A DNA stretch of 36,195 nt, from positions 1-36,195 of the forward strand of contig CAYJAM010000001.1 in NCBI GenBank assembly GCA_964367725.1. Direction: 5' to 3'. The position numbers and the translations under genes are program-made. The notes beneath the pieces were generated by a model. It searched no databases, was not told the origin of the DNA, and saw only the letters and a program-made list of their open reading frames with translations. Positions 1 through 10,541 of the stretch are shown here, one piece after another. Source of the stretch: an uncultured Sphingobacterium sp. GTDB lineage: Bacteria > Bacteroidota > Bacteroidia > Sphingobacteriales > Sphingobacteriaceae. Each line of letters opens with the position of its first letter. Positions within the stretch are counted from its first letter, which is position 1.

Positions 1-176
1 CGGAAGATCCTGAAGTGATGAAACGAAAAGTTGTTCGTGGAGGTTCATGGAAAGATATAGGCTATTTCCTTCAAAATTCCGCAAGTACCTTTGAATATCA
101 GGACACTGCAAAATCTTATATCGGTTTTCGTTGTATAACCAAGTACCAGGGTCGGGATATAAAAGACAAACTCTAA
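1..176 (+). CDS. gldK: Gliding/T9SS lipoprotein GldK (PorK), C-terminal fragment
   Basis: Hand translation from base 3: EDPEVMKRKVVRGGSWKDIGYFLQNSASTFEYQDTAKSYIGFRCITKYQGRDIKDKL*. FGE-sulfatase-fold motifs RGGSW and GFRC; lies directly upstream of gldL. Confidence 0.92.
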   Translation, partial: EDPEVMKRKVVRGGSWKDIGYFLQNSASTFEYQDTAKSYIGFRCITKYQGRDIKDKL

Positions 177-220
177 ACAAAAAATTACAATCCTTTCTTA
201 TATAAAATAGCGTATATATT

Positions 221-1015
221 ATGGCTCAAAAGAAAAAGTTTAAACTGGGTATTAATACCTTAATTTCATGGGGTGCCTCCGTAGTTATTGTTGGTCTGAT
301 GTTTAAAATCCTTCACTGGAAGGGTGGAGAGATTATGATTGCTGTTGGATTAATTACAGAAGCCTTACTGTTTTTTGCATTGGGCTTCAAATCAGAGGTA
401 GCAGAGCCTGACTGGACAAGGGTATATCCAGAACTTGATGAAGAATTTAAGGGGGAGGTATCCCGGCCAGCTTCAGGAGGTTCGGGTTCTTCAACCGCAG
501 CATTGGATAAGATGATGGCTGAAGCCAAAATTGGACCTGAACTGATTGAAAGCCTTGGTACAGGATTAAGATCTTTCGGTGATAAGGTTTCTGCGATTTC
601 AGGAATAGCTGATACAGCAAGTGCAACTTCTGAACTGACAGCAAAAGTCAAAACAGCTTCAGGTAGTTTTGATAGTCTGAATACGGCATTTGAAAAGGCA
701 ACTGTCAGCCTCAGGGAAATGGCTGATACGAATATTGATTCAAAATCTTACCATGAACAGGTGAATAACCTTGCCAAAAATATTTCAGCCCTAAACGCTG
801 TATATGAGCTTGAATTACAGGATTCAAGTGCACATTTGAAATCAATGAACAAATTCTATCAGAATCTTTCTTTGACCATGCAAAATTTTAATGAGTCAAT
901 GGAAGATTCCAAACAATTCAAAGAGGAAGTTGGCAAACTGGCAAAGAACTTATCATCCTTAAATTCTATTTATGGAAATATGCTTTCTGCAATGAATCAA
1001 CCGAACCGGGGATAA
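221..1015 (+). CDS. gldL: T9SS/gliding motor protein GldL (PorL)
   Basis: Two N-terminal TM helices (GASVVIVGLMFKILHW; LITEALLF with the conserved Glu), PDWTRVYPEL motif, coiled-coil cytoplasmic domain, C-terminal YGNMLSAM. Confidence 0.97.
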   Translation: MAQKKKFKLGINTLISWGASVVIVGLMFKILHWKGGEIMIAVGLITEALLFFALGFKSEVAEPDWTRVYPELDEEFKGEVSRPASGGSGSSTAALDKMMAEAKIGPELIESLGTGLRSFGDKVSAISGIADTASATSELTAKVKTASGSFDSLNTAFEKATVSLREMADTNIDSKSYHEQVNNLAKNISALNAVYELELQDSSAHLKSMNKFYQNLSLTMQNFNESMEDSKQFKEEVGKLAKNLSSLNSIYGNMLSAMNQPNRG

Positions 1016-1059
1016 TTGGTATAAGAATTATAGATCTTAAATTTTTTAAATAAAATTGC

Positions 1060-2592
1060 ATGGCTGGAGGTAAAGAAACCCCAAGGCAGAAAATGATTGG
1101 AATACTTTACCTGGTATTATTGGGTTTAGTAGCACTGAATGTTAGTGATTCAATCTTAGAAGCTTTCAAAAATTTAACGGATAGTTTAAATGCTTCAACA
1201 CAGAATGTCCAAATTGGTGTTGACGCAACTTATGCTTCATTTGAAGCAACGAAACTAAAAAATGAGCCCGAAAGAGCGCGTCCAATCTATGAAAAGGCTA
1301 AAAAAGCGAGTTCATATACAAGTGAATTAAATACTTATGTCGAAGGACTTCAGAAGCTTTTTGAAACTGAAGGTGGCGGATATAATGAGGCAACCGGTGA
1401 TATAAGCAAAAGGGATAATCTTGATATTTCTCCGAGGTTAATGATCAATGAGCCACGTGCAGCAGAATTGAAGAAGAAAATCAATGATACTCGTGGAAAA
1501 TTAATTGCATTACTCGATGAGAAAGATCGACAAAATGTAAGTTTCTCTTTAGAGGCAAAGGATCCGCCTAATCGCGGAGGTGTTAAAAGGAGCTGGGAAC
1601 AATCAAACTTTGGTGACGGTATACCATTGACCGCCGCACTAACGGCTTTGGCAAAGATTAAGGCCGACACAAAGAATGCTGAGGCTGAGGTTGTAAAGAA
1701 GGTCCTCGGTCAGATGGATGTGGCAGTTGTCAATCTTGATCAGTTCGCTGCAGTTGCTGTTGCTCCAACATCCTATCTGATTGCCGGTCAGCCGTATACA
1801 GCAGAGGTGTTTTTGACTGCATCAGACTCGAAATCAAGTCCTGAGATATCAGTTGGAGGTTCAAGATTGCAGGTTAAGGAAGGGAAAGGAACCTATACAG
1901 TTAATACTTCCAGCGAAGGTATATTCAGTTGGACAGGTACAGTCCGTGTAAAGCAAACTGATGGAACAATAAAAACCTATACCACTACTGAACAAAAATA
2001 TCAGGTGGCCCGCCCTTCTGCAGTTGTTTCTCCTGATAAAATGAATGTATTTTATGTAGGTGTTCCGAATCCGGTATCAGTATCAGCTCCTGGTATACCC
2101 AAAGAGAATCTAGTAGTTACTATGAGTGGAGGAACAATATCCGGATCCAATGGAAAATATACTGTAACAGTAAATACACCTGGAACAACTGCTAAAGTAA
2201 ATGTTGCAGCTAATGTCAGTGGTAAGGTTCAGAATATTGGTTCAAGTGATTTCAGAGTTAAGCGGATTCCGGATCCCAAAGCTAAATTTGCAGGTAAGAC
2301 CGGAGGAGCTTTAAGTTCAGTAGTGATAAAGTCCCAGAGCTCAATTTTTGCAATTCTTGAAGGTTTCGATTTTGACGCCAAATTTAATGTTACCCGTTTC
2401 AGTCTGGTGATAGCCAGACCACGTGCTGATGTTGTTGTATTACAGGCAAATGGAAATTCATTCAGTGCTCAAATGAGTGCAGCTGTGGCCGCAATAACGC
2501 CAGGTACAAGGGTAATATTTGATGATATAGTTGCCGTTGGTCCTGATGGAACCCAAAGACAGCTTGACCCGATGGCTTTTAAAGCAAATTAA
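1060..2592 (+). CDS. gldM: T9SS/gliding motor protein GldM (PorM)
   Basis: N-terminus MAGGKETPRQKMIGILYLVLLGLVALNVS (single TM), KMNVFYVGVPNPVSVS and FRVKRIPDP motifs; operon position. Confidence 0.97.
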   Translation: MAGGKETPRQKMIGILYLVLLGLVALNVSDSILEAFKNLTDSLNASTQNVQIGVDATYASFEATKLKNEPERARPIYEKAKKASSYTSELNTYVEGLQKLFETEGGGYNEATGDISKRDNLDISPRLMINEPRAAELKKKINDTRGKLIALLDEKDRQNVSFSLEAKDPPNRGGVKRSWEQSNFGDGIPLTAALTALAKIKADTKNAEAEVVKKVLGQMDVAVVNLDQFAAVAVAPTSYLIAGQPYTAEVFLTASDSKSSPEISVGGSRLQVKEGKGTYTVNTSSEGIFSWTGTVRVKQTDGTIKTYTTTEQKYQVARPSAVVSPDKMNVFYVGVPNPVSVSAPGIPKENLVVTMSGGTISGSNGKYTVTVNTPGTTAKVNVAANVSGKVQNIGSSDFRVKRIPDPKAKFAGKTGGALSSVVIKSQSSIFAILEGFDFDAKFNVTRFSLVIARPRADVVVLQANGNSFSAQMSAAVAAITPGTRVIFDDIVAVGPDGTQRQLDPMAFKAN

Positions 2593-2597
2593 GTGCT

Positions 2598-3464
2598 ATG
2601 AAAAAGATATTTTTTGTCCTGATTTTGATTGCCGGTGCTCTTCAATTGAGTGCCCAGGCACCTAATTTAACGAATGATACCAAACCCAAACCGGTAGAGA
2701 AGCCTTTGGATGGATATTATCAAAAAACCAATATTATTAGTGCTAAGGTTGCTCCATATGCCAGTCTGAGAGAATCGGATGTCATGTACAGTAAGCGTGT
2801 CTGGAGAGAAATAGATGTACGTGATAAGGTGAATATGATTTATGCTTCACCAAAGGCCCGCCTGATAACTATTTTGACAGATGCAATTATTGCCGGTGAA
2901 CTTACTGCTTACGATGCCAGCAGTACTAAGGATGATGTTAATGGAGATGAGTTTAGTGTCATTCTGAAACCTGAACAGGCAATGGCAAAGTTTGCTGACA
3001 GTGTTTTGGTTCCAATTTTTGATAAAGATGGTAACCAGACAGGAACAGTAGTAAAAGCTGGAGAATTCAATCCTGACAGTATTTTAAAATTTCGTATAAA
3101 AGAGGATTGGATTTTCGATAAGCAACGTTCAGTTTTTGAACCCCGTATCATCGGTATTGCACCAATGATCCGTATTTCAGCAGCCGGTCAATCTTTTGAT
3201 GAGCAACCAGCATTTTGGATATACTTCCCTGAAGTTCGTCATCTATTGGTAACTAAGCCTGCAGTAAACAGAAATAATGACGCTACCGGGCTCAGTTTTG
3301 ACGATTTATTTATGAAGCGGATTTTTGCGAGTTATATTGTAAAGGAGTCTAATCCCGAAGATCTTCGTATTAAAGATTATGCAGTCGGAATTGATAAACT
3401 TTATGAATCTGAACGTGTGAAGAAAGCCTTGATGGATTTTGAACACGATCTCTGGTCATATTAA
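2598..3464 (+). CDS. gldN: T9SS/gliding ring protein GldN (PorN)
   Basis: Signal peptide; LRESDVMYSKRVWREID, IKEDWIFDKQRS, RIIGIAP motifs and C-terminal FEHDLWSY. Confidence 0.96.
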   Translation: MKKIFFVLILIAGALQLSAQAPNLTNDTKPKPVEKPLDGYYQKTNIISAKVAPYASLRESDVMYSKRVWREIDVRDKVNMIYASPKARLITILTDAIIAGELTAYDASSTKDDVNGDEFSVILKPEQAMAKFADSVLVPIFDKDGNQTGTVVKAGEFNPDSILKFRIKEDWIFDKQRSVFEPRIIGIAPMIRISAAGQSFDEQPAFWIYFPEVRHLLVTKPAVNRNNDATGLSFDDLFMKRIFASYIVKESNPEDLRIKDYAVGIDKLYESERVKKALMDFEHDLWSY

Positions 3465-3485
3465 TCCGGACCTTAAAATATTAAG

Positions 3486-3526
3486 AAATGCCGCCCTGTA
3501 ATTAATTCAGGGCGGCATTTTTATTT
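3486..3526. terminator. Probable bidirectional intrinsic terminator between convergent gldN and uvrC
   Basis: Perfect 13-bp stem AAATGCCGCCCTG / CAGGGCGGCATTT followed by a T-rich run. Confidence 0.85.
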
Positions 3527-5317
3527 AAAGTAATCCAATAAGGCAGCAGTCTGACTTTTATTCAATACATCCAGCAGTTCTGTTTCAGATGCTTCTTTTA
3601 TTTTCTTAACAGACTTGAAATGTCTTAATAATTTCTCTGCAGAAGTTTTCCCTACACCAGGGATACTTTCAAGCTCACTTGCCAGGGTAGCAATACTTCG
3701 TTTTTTTCTGTGAAATGTAATCCCGAAGCGGTGAGCCTCATCTCTTAACTGCTGAATAATTTTTAATGTTTCAGACTTTTTATCCAGATACAATGGGTAC
3801 TGATCTCCGGGATAATAGATCTCTTCCAGCCTTTTGGCAATTCCTATAATTGTTACCTGTTTATCTATTCCTAATAGTTTTAAGCTTTTTATTGCAGAGG
3901 AGAGCTGTCCTTTTCCGCCATCAATTACGATCAGTTGTGGCAGACTTTGCTCTTCATCTAGTAACCTTCTGTATCTTCTGAAAACTGCTTCCTCCATTGT
4001 AGCAAAATCATCAGGGCCTTCAACTGTCTTTACATTAAAATGCCTGTAATCTTTTTTGGATGGCTTTGCATTCTTAAAAACTACTATTGCTGATACCGGA
4101 AATTTCCCCTGAAAATTAGAGTTGTCAAAACATTCAATATGTATTGGCAATTGATTCAAACGGAGGTCTTTCATCATCTGGGCCAATAACCGGTCTGTTC
4201 TTAATCCAGGATTCAGTTTTTCATACTGATCTAATTTTTCACGCTTGAAATAGGCCACATTCTTTTGTGAAAGTTCCAGCAATTTCTTTTTCTCGCCAAG
4301 TTTTGGAATAGTAAATTTAATTCCTGAGTCTGGAATCTCAAGTTCAAAAGGAATGATTATTTCTTTTGAATTACTGTCAAACCTGGATCTGAACTCGGTA
4401 ATAGCTATACTTAACAACTCTTCATCCGATTCGTCAAGGCGTTTTTTAATTTCCAGAGTCTGGGTTTGAATAACCGTTCCATTCATCACCTTCAGGAAAT
4501 TCACAAAAGCATGCTTGTCGTCGGTTGCAATACTGAATACATCCACATCGGTTATGGATGAATTCACAATTGTCGATTTGCTTTGATAATTGTCCAGAAG
4601 GTCGAGTTTTTGCTTCAGGTTGTGTGCAAGCTCGAAGTTAAGTCCGTTTACTGATTCTTCCAGCTGACTTTTAAGACGTCTGATTACGGAACCTGTTTTC
4701 CCGTTCAGGATTTCTTTGATCTCCGAAATGCTCTGATCGTAGTCATCTTCTGATTGATAGGCCTGGCAAGGTCCTTTGCAATTACCAATCTGATATTCCA
4801 GACAAACTCTGAACTTTCCAGAATGAATATTTTCTCGGGACAACGGCAGAGTACAGGTTCTTAAAGGATAGATTTCTTTGATCATTCCTAAAATGGTATG
4901 CATCATTCCTACAGATGCATAAGGACCAAAATAGGTTGAACCATCCCTGATAATCCTTCTTGTCCAGAAAATACGTGGAAATTTTTCGTTTTTGATAATG
5001 ATCCAGGGATAGGTCTTATCATCTTTCAGCATCACATTATACCTTGGCTGATGCTTCTTGATCAGACTATTTTCAAGCAACCAGGCATCAATTTCGGTAT
5101 CAACAATAGTGAAGGTGATTTTCCTGATCTTGCTTACCAGGATTCGGGTTTTGGCATTTACCCGAAAATTATCTTTATTAAAATAGGATGAGACTCTATT
5201 TTTCAGATTTTTGGCCTTACCGATATAGATAAGCTCTTCAGTCTCCGACCAAAATTGGTAGATACCGGGTTTTTGGGGAATATTCCTTAACTCAGGCCGT
5301 GGATCAAATTCTTTCAT
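3521..5317 (-). CDS. uvrC: Excinuclease ABC subunit C
   Basis: GIY-YIG N-terminus (PGIY..YIGKAKNLKNRVSSYF), Cys cluster, RNase H-like IECFDNS and IDGGKGQ, HhH C-terminus. ATG at 5317 (MKEFDPR) preferred over the track start at 5353. Confidence 0.97.
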   Translation of the reverse strand: MKEFDPRPELRNIPQKPGIYQFWSETEELIYIGKAKNLKNRVSSYFNKDNFRVNAKTRILVSKIRKITFTIVDTEIDAWLLENSLIKKHQPRYNVMLKDDKTYPWIIIKNEKFPRIFWTRRIIRDGSTYFGPYASVGMMHTILGMIKEIYPLRTCTLPLSRENIHSGKFRVCLEYQIGNCKGPCQAYQSEDDYDQSISEIKEILNGKTGSVIRRLKSQLEESVNGLNFELAHNLKQKLDLLDNYQSKSTIVNSSITDVDVFSIATDDKHAFVNFLKVMNGTVIQTQTLEIKKRLDESDEELLSIAITEFRSRFDSNSKEIIIPFELEIPDSGIKFTIPKLGEKKKLLELSQKNVAYFKREKLDQYEKLNPGLRTDRLLAQMMKDLRLNQLPIHIECFDNSNFQGKFPVSAIVVFKNAKPSKKDYRHFNVKTVEGPDDFATMEEAVFRRYRRLLDEEQSLPQLIVIDGGKGQLSSAIKSLKLLGIDKQVTIIGIAKRLEEIYYPGDQYPLYLDKKSETLKIIQQLRDEAHRFGITFHRKKRSIATLASELESIPGVGKTSAEKLLRHFKSVKKIKEASETELLDVLNKSQTAALLDYFK

Positions 5318-5383
5318 GTCAGGATAACGGTCAAGGTAGAACCTGATCTGCAAAATTGCAAATTGTAAAGAAAAACATTAAGA

Positions 5384-7621
5384 TCAGAAGCCCAGCTTTT
5401 TATCAAGTTCGCTCACTCCTGACTGCTGTTTAGTATATTCAGCACAATCAAGGACTGTTGTAATTCCACCTTTTGGAGGAGGAAAATCACCTTTGCTATA
5501 TTTCAATGCGGGATCTGCGTATACCTTTTGCATATAGATCGCAAATATCGGGAGTGCAGTATTGGCACCCTCTCCGAAACTGGTTGTGCTGAAATGGATC
5601 GCACGGTCTTCCGCACCAGTCCACACACCAGTTACAAGCTCTGGCGTGATTCCCATGAACCAACCATCTGAATTATTTTGTGTGGTGCCTGTTTTTCCTC
5701 CGATGGGATTGTTGAGCTTATATTTCCAGCCCAATCTTACCCCGGTTCCTTCTGTTACCACAGCTTTTAACATGTCTGTCATAATATAGGCTGTCTGTTC
5801 ATCCAAAACAACTTTGATTCTTGGGCGACGTTCGTAAATAACGTTTCCATTCTTATCAGCGATTCGTAAAAGATAGATAGGTTCTGTCCAAACACCATGA
5901 TTGACAAATACAGAATAAGCACCTACCATATCGTAAACAGAAGCATCGAATGAACCCAGACAAATTGAAGGTACAGCCGGCACATCACTGGTAATACCCA
6001 TATTTTTCGTCAGGGTTGCAACAGCGGTCTGTCCGACCTGTTTCATCATATAAGCGGTAATATAATTCTGAGAATTGGCCAATGCCTTTTTCAGTGTGAG
6101 GGTTCCTGGAATTGGCTTATATGCTTTGGGATACCAGGTAGTACCATCACCTGCATCTATACCAACAGGCTCATTTGCGACAGTGTAACATGGAGAATAT
6201 CCGCCATTACCAATAGCGACCGCATAGGTAAAAGGTTTTGCTGTCGATCCCACCTGACGGGTTCCCATTTTTACCTGATCATATTTAAAATGAGTATAAT
6301 TAGTGCCTCCCACCCACGCCCTGACATAGCCGGTTTGGGGTTCCATTGACATGAGGGCATTACGAAGCATGAGTTTATAATATTTAATGGAATCTAAAGG
6401 CCTCATTACCGTATCGATTTCACCTCTCCAGCTAAAAATGGTCATTTGGGCTGGTGTCCTGAAATTTTGTAGGATCTCTTCTTCGGTCTTTCCCTCAGCT
6501 TTTAATTGTTGATAGCGGTCTGAACGGCGCATACCCTGATTTATCAGTAATTTGGCTTCCGGGATATTAAATGGGTCACGACCTTTCCATGAATTATTGA
6601 ACTGAACCTGCAGTGTTTTTAGATACTCCCTCTGAGCATCCTCTGCATATTTCTGCATCCGGGAATTGATTGTTGTATAGATCTTGAGGCCATCCCTATC
6701 AAGATCATATGGTGTACCGTCGGCTTTATAGATCGAATTTTCTTCAAGTGTCTGCTGAATATCCTTCTTGAGTACCGCCCTGAAATAGGGTGCTGATCCC
6801 TCGTTATGATCAGAAGGATTGAATGCCAGTTTTAAAGGGCTTTTCTTCAGAAGCTCAAGCTCAGAATCACTGATGTAATTTGCATTATGCATGTTTTCCA
6901 GAACCGTATTTCTGCGTCTAAGTGCTCTTTCAGGATTACGGTGGGGATTGTAAAGAGATGGACCTTTCAGCATCCCGACAAGAATCGCAGCCTGCTCAGG
7001 TTTAAGCTTATCAGGTGTTGTGCTGAAGTAGGTTCTTGCTGCCGATTTAATTCCAAATGTATTATAAGAACCAAAATCCACTGTATTGAGATACATCGTA
7101 ATGATCTCCTCCTTGGTATACTGCCGTTCCAGTTTTACTGCAACAATAAGCTCCTGTGATTTCTGAATCAGTCGCTTGGTAAAGTTTCTGGATCTGCCTT
7201 CTTTTGAGAACAGGTTTAAAGCAAGCTGCTGGGTAATGGTACTTGCGCCTTGTCGTTTTCCTGCCAGATTATAGAAAATAACTGTAAACGTACGTTTGAA
7301 ATCAATACCCGAATGACTGTAAAAGCGGATATCTTCAGTTGCGATTAGCGCATTAATTACATTTGGGGAGATCTCATCATATCGAACATTAGAGCGGTTT
7401 TGAACATAATAGGTGCCTAATACAATATCATCACTCGAAATAACCTCTGAGGCCTGATAACTCTTCGGATTTTCAAGCATACGCAGATCAGGTAGTCTCC
7501 CGAATAATCCAAGGCCGATGCTGAAGATCAGAATAGCTCCAAATGCAATCAATCCCAGGATCCATTTCCAGAACAGGATAGTATAGCGATTTAAGTCATG
7601 CTGAGTCAGCTTGGTATTCAT
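5384..7621 (-). CDS. Class A penicillin-binding protein (PBP1A family, transglycosylase/transpeptidase)
   Basis: TM anchor; GT51 motifs EDIRFYSHSGID and GASTITQQL; transpeptidase motifs SxxK (STAK), SxN (SQN) and KTG. Confidence 0.95.
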   Translation of the reverse strand: MNTKLTQHDLNRYTILFWKWILGLIAFGAILIFSIGLGLFGRLPDLRMLENPKSYQASEVISSDDIVLGTYYVQNRSNVRYDEISPNVINALIATEDIRFYSHSGIDFKRTFTVIFYNLAGKRQGASTITQQLALNLFSKEGRSRNFTKRLIQKSQELIVAVKLERQYTKEEIITMYLNTVDFGSYNTFGIKSAARTYFSTTPDKLKPEQAAILVGMLKGPSLYNPHRNPERALRRRNTVLENMHNANYISDSELELLKKSPLKLAFNPSDHNEGSAPYFRAVLKKDIQQTLEENSIYKADGTPYDLDRDGLKIYTTINSRMQKYAEDAQREYLKTLQVQFNNSWKGRDPFNIPEAKLLINQGMRRSDRYQQLKAEGKTEEEILQNFRTPAQMTIFSWRGEIDTVMRPLDSIKYYKLMLRNALMSMEPQTGYVRAWVGGTNYTHFKYDQVKMGTRQVGSTAKPFTYAVAIGNGGYSPCYTVANEPVGIDAGDGTTWYPKAYKPIPGTLTLKKALANSQNYITAYMMKQVGQTAVATLTKNMGITSDVPAVPSICLGSFDASVYDMVGAYSVFVNHGVWTEPIYLLRIADKNGNVIYERRPRIKVVLDEQTAYIMTDMLKAVVTEGTGVRLGWKYKLNNPIGGKTGTTQNNSDGWFMGITPELVTGVWTGAEDRAIHFSTTSFGEGANTALPIFAIYMQKVYADPALKYSKGDFPPPKGGITTVLDCAEYTKQQSGVSELDKKLGF

Positions 7622-7654
7622 ATAAAGCTTGTATTAATAGTTCTTTTTGTAATA

Positions 7655-10351
7655 CTAGACATAAAGGTCGAGTGTTTCTTTATCAATTATTTTTTCGAGA
7701 TTCTGAGAATTAATTATGAAGCTACTGTATTTGCCTACAGGTATCTTCATAATTGCCCTCATCAGGGGGCTGATATTTGTAAAATAAGTTGTAACCGCTT
7801 CCTTTCCTGCAAACGGGCCTACAAATATCAGTTGATTTTGGTTAGCAACCGATTTTAATTGATGTTTTATTGCTGATCCGGGTAAATTGGCCCTGTTAAA
7901 CTGTCCGATCCCAAAGCGGGATGAACTTAAATTGACTGAAGGGTCAGAAATATTCACTACGAAATAATGTTCTGCAGAATCATCCTTCCGGAAAAGACCT
8001 GTTTCTGACTCAGTTTCTAATTTAACGGTTTGAGGTTTCTCCTTATTGTCGGAAATTGACTTATTGTCAACAGGTTCAGGGACAAAGATTACAGGCTGTT
8101 CAATTTCTGCCTCCTGAAAAAATCTGTTATTGAAATCCAGGTCACTTAACGCTACTATCCGTTCTGACATTGCAATCCTGTTCGAATCGATGAATGCAAG
8201 ATGTTGCTTAATGAGCGGAACTATTAGTTTTTCGTCGGGGAAATTGATGACTATCTCTTTAAAGGCATTTTCCAAACCTGGAAGTTTTTGAGTATGCCCA
8301 ATGGCGAGTGAATTTAAGTAGGCTAATTGTGCAGGCACTTTTTGTACTCCTGTTACCTGTCTGTACTTTTCAATAGAATTAAGCATTTCTGTATAATTCT
8401 TTTTTACATACAAATCGTAGATGTCATTGTAAAGCCGGTTGAAGGCAGCTTCCTGCTCATCCTGTTTTTGACTGAAATCCGGGTCTATAATTATCTTTGC
8501 AAATGGAGACTCAGGAAATTTTGAAATCAGGATATTCTTGTATTCGTCAGAACGTTTCTTGTTAGCAGTACTGTAAAGCCTGTATAAATTATAATATACC
8601 GCCAGTTTATTTTGATTTTCAGGGAAGCGCGTTAATAACTGTTCGTAGGTTTTTACAGCTTCAGCAGTATCGGCAGAAATGTCACGATAATAATTAGCAA
8701 TATCGTACAATGCTGATGCAATTTTCTGATTTGAACCGGCCATTTGTTCAGGGCTTACAGGAACCGAAAGCAGATATTCCTTTATCCGGGCATCCATATC
8801 AGGCTCAGTTTTTATTTCCTGCACTGTAAAAGGGTTTGCACCACTGCCAGGATCCGGGAGAATTGCTGAAGGCATCTCAGATACTGTGCGCTGGCTTCGC
8901 CGCCAGTTATCTTCCAGTTTTCTTGGGCCCCAGCGTTTCTTGAAATCGGCAAGACCCTGACTTAATGCCGCTATATTATTAAAATAGAATCTGGTGTCCC
9001 TGGAATTACCAGAACTTTGAATTGCAGGCATATATGTATTACCTCCAACAGGCATTCCTGAAAAAGTCTTTGCCTTTTCGGTCTCAGCGAGCACCATTTT
9101 GCCTATTCTTTCTTTACGTTCTGCATCAGGCAATTTAGCCAGCAATTGCAGGGTATCTTGCTGAGCAATAATACTCAGGCTACTTGCCAGTACCTCCAGA
9201 TTATCAGCTTTCTTTTTAATCAGAAGGTAATCAGGGTAATTTTTAGGTAAGCTGATAAGCGTACTGTCATAATAAGTCTTGGACTTCAGGAAATCTGACT
9301 TAGTAAAGTAAATTTCGGCAAGCTCCAGGTATGCAAGCCCTTTCAGGTTTAGATTTTTTGTACTTTTTGATACAGCCAGATTATAATTTTCGATTGCTTT
9401 TTCAAAATTATTCCCCTGAGCATAGCTGTTGGCTATTTGGAAATATACCTGATCAAGAAGTTCCCTGTTCTTGTCGTCCTTAAGTAGAGCCATGATCTCT
9501 CTGGTTCTTCCTGAAGTATCCCCGCTGAGTTCAGTTTTAAGATTAATACGACTAAGGTTTGCATTAAATGCCATATCGAACGGGGCATTACTTTTAATTA
9601 CTCTTGTATAATTCGATAATGCATTCTGTGCCTGGCCGGTAATTTCATACAACTGAGCAGTGAGATAGGTCCAGCGAATCTTCTTCTGTTTATTTTTGAC
9701 AGTTTTCAGAGCCTTTTCGAGCAGGTTTATTGCTTCCTGATCCTGCTTTGCATAAATATAAAGCTGTGCACGTGTTGCATAAATGTCGGCAACAGATTTT
9801 TTTTCTGATAATATGTTGCTAATGGCTGTGTCAAGGGTGATTTCAGCCTCTTCCAGACGGTCGGAGGCAATTAGCGACCGTGCTTTCCATGCCAGCGCAG
9901 CCTGCCTTATCTCTTTCTCTGCGGGATAATTATTATATACGTAGTTAAAAAATTCAACCGCATTGAAAAAATTTGACTTCAAATGGTTTGCCTTTGCAAT
10001 TAGAAAATAAGCATCATCAACATACTTACTCAGTGACTTTTCATTGGCAATGGTATTTGCCTTTAATATTGCATCATCCAGATTTTTTAGTTCTGATTGT
10101 GAAAGAATTTCATTGGGCTCTTTATAAACAGAAATCAGCCGGTCGTAATTATCTGAGTAATTTAACTGAATGTTTTTCTCGCTTAGATTAATCAGTTCTT
10201 TAGCATTATATAGGATATTATAATGTGCTGTTAAATTCTGCATACCCCTGCTGGCCACAGTTTCTTTCTGTGAGCTGCATGAAAGCAGGCAAAAGCAAAA
10301 AAAGCAGCTTAGGAATATAAAACGAAATGCAATCAGAATATTTGAATTCAA
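7655..10351 (-). CDS. sprE: TPR lipoprotein, T9SS component PorW/SprE-like (frame stays open to a TAA at 7634 past the TAG)
   Basis: Lipobox CLLSC, LTAHYNILYN, multiple TPRs, FYFNN..GLADFKKRWGPRKLEDNWRR motif; lies near gldKLMN. Confidence 0.85.
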   Translation of the reverse strand: MNSNILIAFRFIFLSCFFCFCLLSCSSQKETVASRGMQNLTAHYNILYNAKELINLSEKNIQLNYSDNYDRLISVYKEPNEILSQSELKNLDDAILKANTIANEKSLSKYVDDAYFLIAKANHLKSNFFNAVEFFNYVYNNYPAEKEIRQAALAWKARSLIASDRLEEAEITLDTAISNILSEKKSVADIYATRAQLYIYAKQDQEAINLLEKALKTVKNKQKKIRWTYLTAQLYEITGQAQNALSNYTRVIKSNAPFDMAFNANLSRINLKTELSGDTSGRTREIMALLKDDKNRELLDQVYFQIANSYAQGNNFEKAIENYNLAVSKSTKNLNLKGLAYLELAEIYFTKSDFLKSKTYYDSTLISLPKNYPDYLLIKKKADNLEVLASSLSIIAQQDTLQLLAKLPDAERKERIGKMVLAETEKAKTFSGMPVGGNTYMPAIQSSGNSRDTRFYFNNIAALSQGLADFKKRWGPRKLEDNWRRSQRTVSEMPSAILPDPGSGANPFTVQEIKTEPDMDARIKEYLLSVPVSPEQMAGSNQKIASALYDIANYYRDISADTAEAVKTYEQLLTRFPENQNKLAVYYNLYRLYSTANKKRSDEYKNILISKFPESPFAKIIIDPDFSQKQDEQEAAFNRLYNDIYDLYVKKNYTEMLNSIEKYRQVTGVQKVPAQLAYLNSLAIGHTQKLPGLENAFKEIVINFPDEKLIVPLIKQHLAFIDSNRIAMSERIVALSDLDFNNRFFQEAEIEQPVIFVPEPVDNKSISDNKEKPQTVKLETESETGLFRKDDSAEHYFVVNISDPSVNLSSSRFGIGQFNRANLPGSAIKHQLKSVANQNQLIFVGPFAGKEAVTTYFTNISPLMRAIMKIPVGKYSSFIINSQNLEKIIDKETLDLYV

Positions 10352-10386
10352 TTTAATCTTGCTTGAAATATATAACAGAATCTTTG

Positions 10387-10394
10387 CAAAGATA
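10387..10394 (-). promoter_or_regulatory. Bacteroidota housekeeping promoter -7 element for the sprE-PBP1A-uvrC unit
   Basis: TATCTTTG on the minus strand matches TAnnTTTG, about 35 nt upstream of the start. Confidence 0.55.
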
Positions 10395-10515
10395 TTTTAT
10401 CATAACGGATTTGTCCTGATAAATATAAACTCTTTCTGTCATAAAACTCTTTTAATGGAGTATACTAACTATTTTCGGCTTTGATTTATTTCACTGAATG
10501 CAGCTTATATTTTGA

Positions 10516-10523
10516 TAATTTTG
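10516..10523 (+). promoter_or_regulatory. Bacteroidota -7 promoter element for the atp operon
   Basis: TAATTTTG matches TAnnTTTG, 18 nt upstream of the ATG at 10542. Confidence 0.55.
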
Positions 10524-10541
10524 CCAAATAAAATTGAGTTA

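Noticed and set aside
7655-7657. Genome-wide TAG reassignment as the explanation of the sprE internal stop
   Set aside because: TAG ends pyc (31796) and the TIM-barrel gene (22012) at natural-looking C-termini, and no other gene here is interrupted by TAG.
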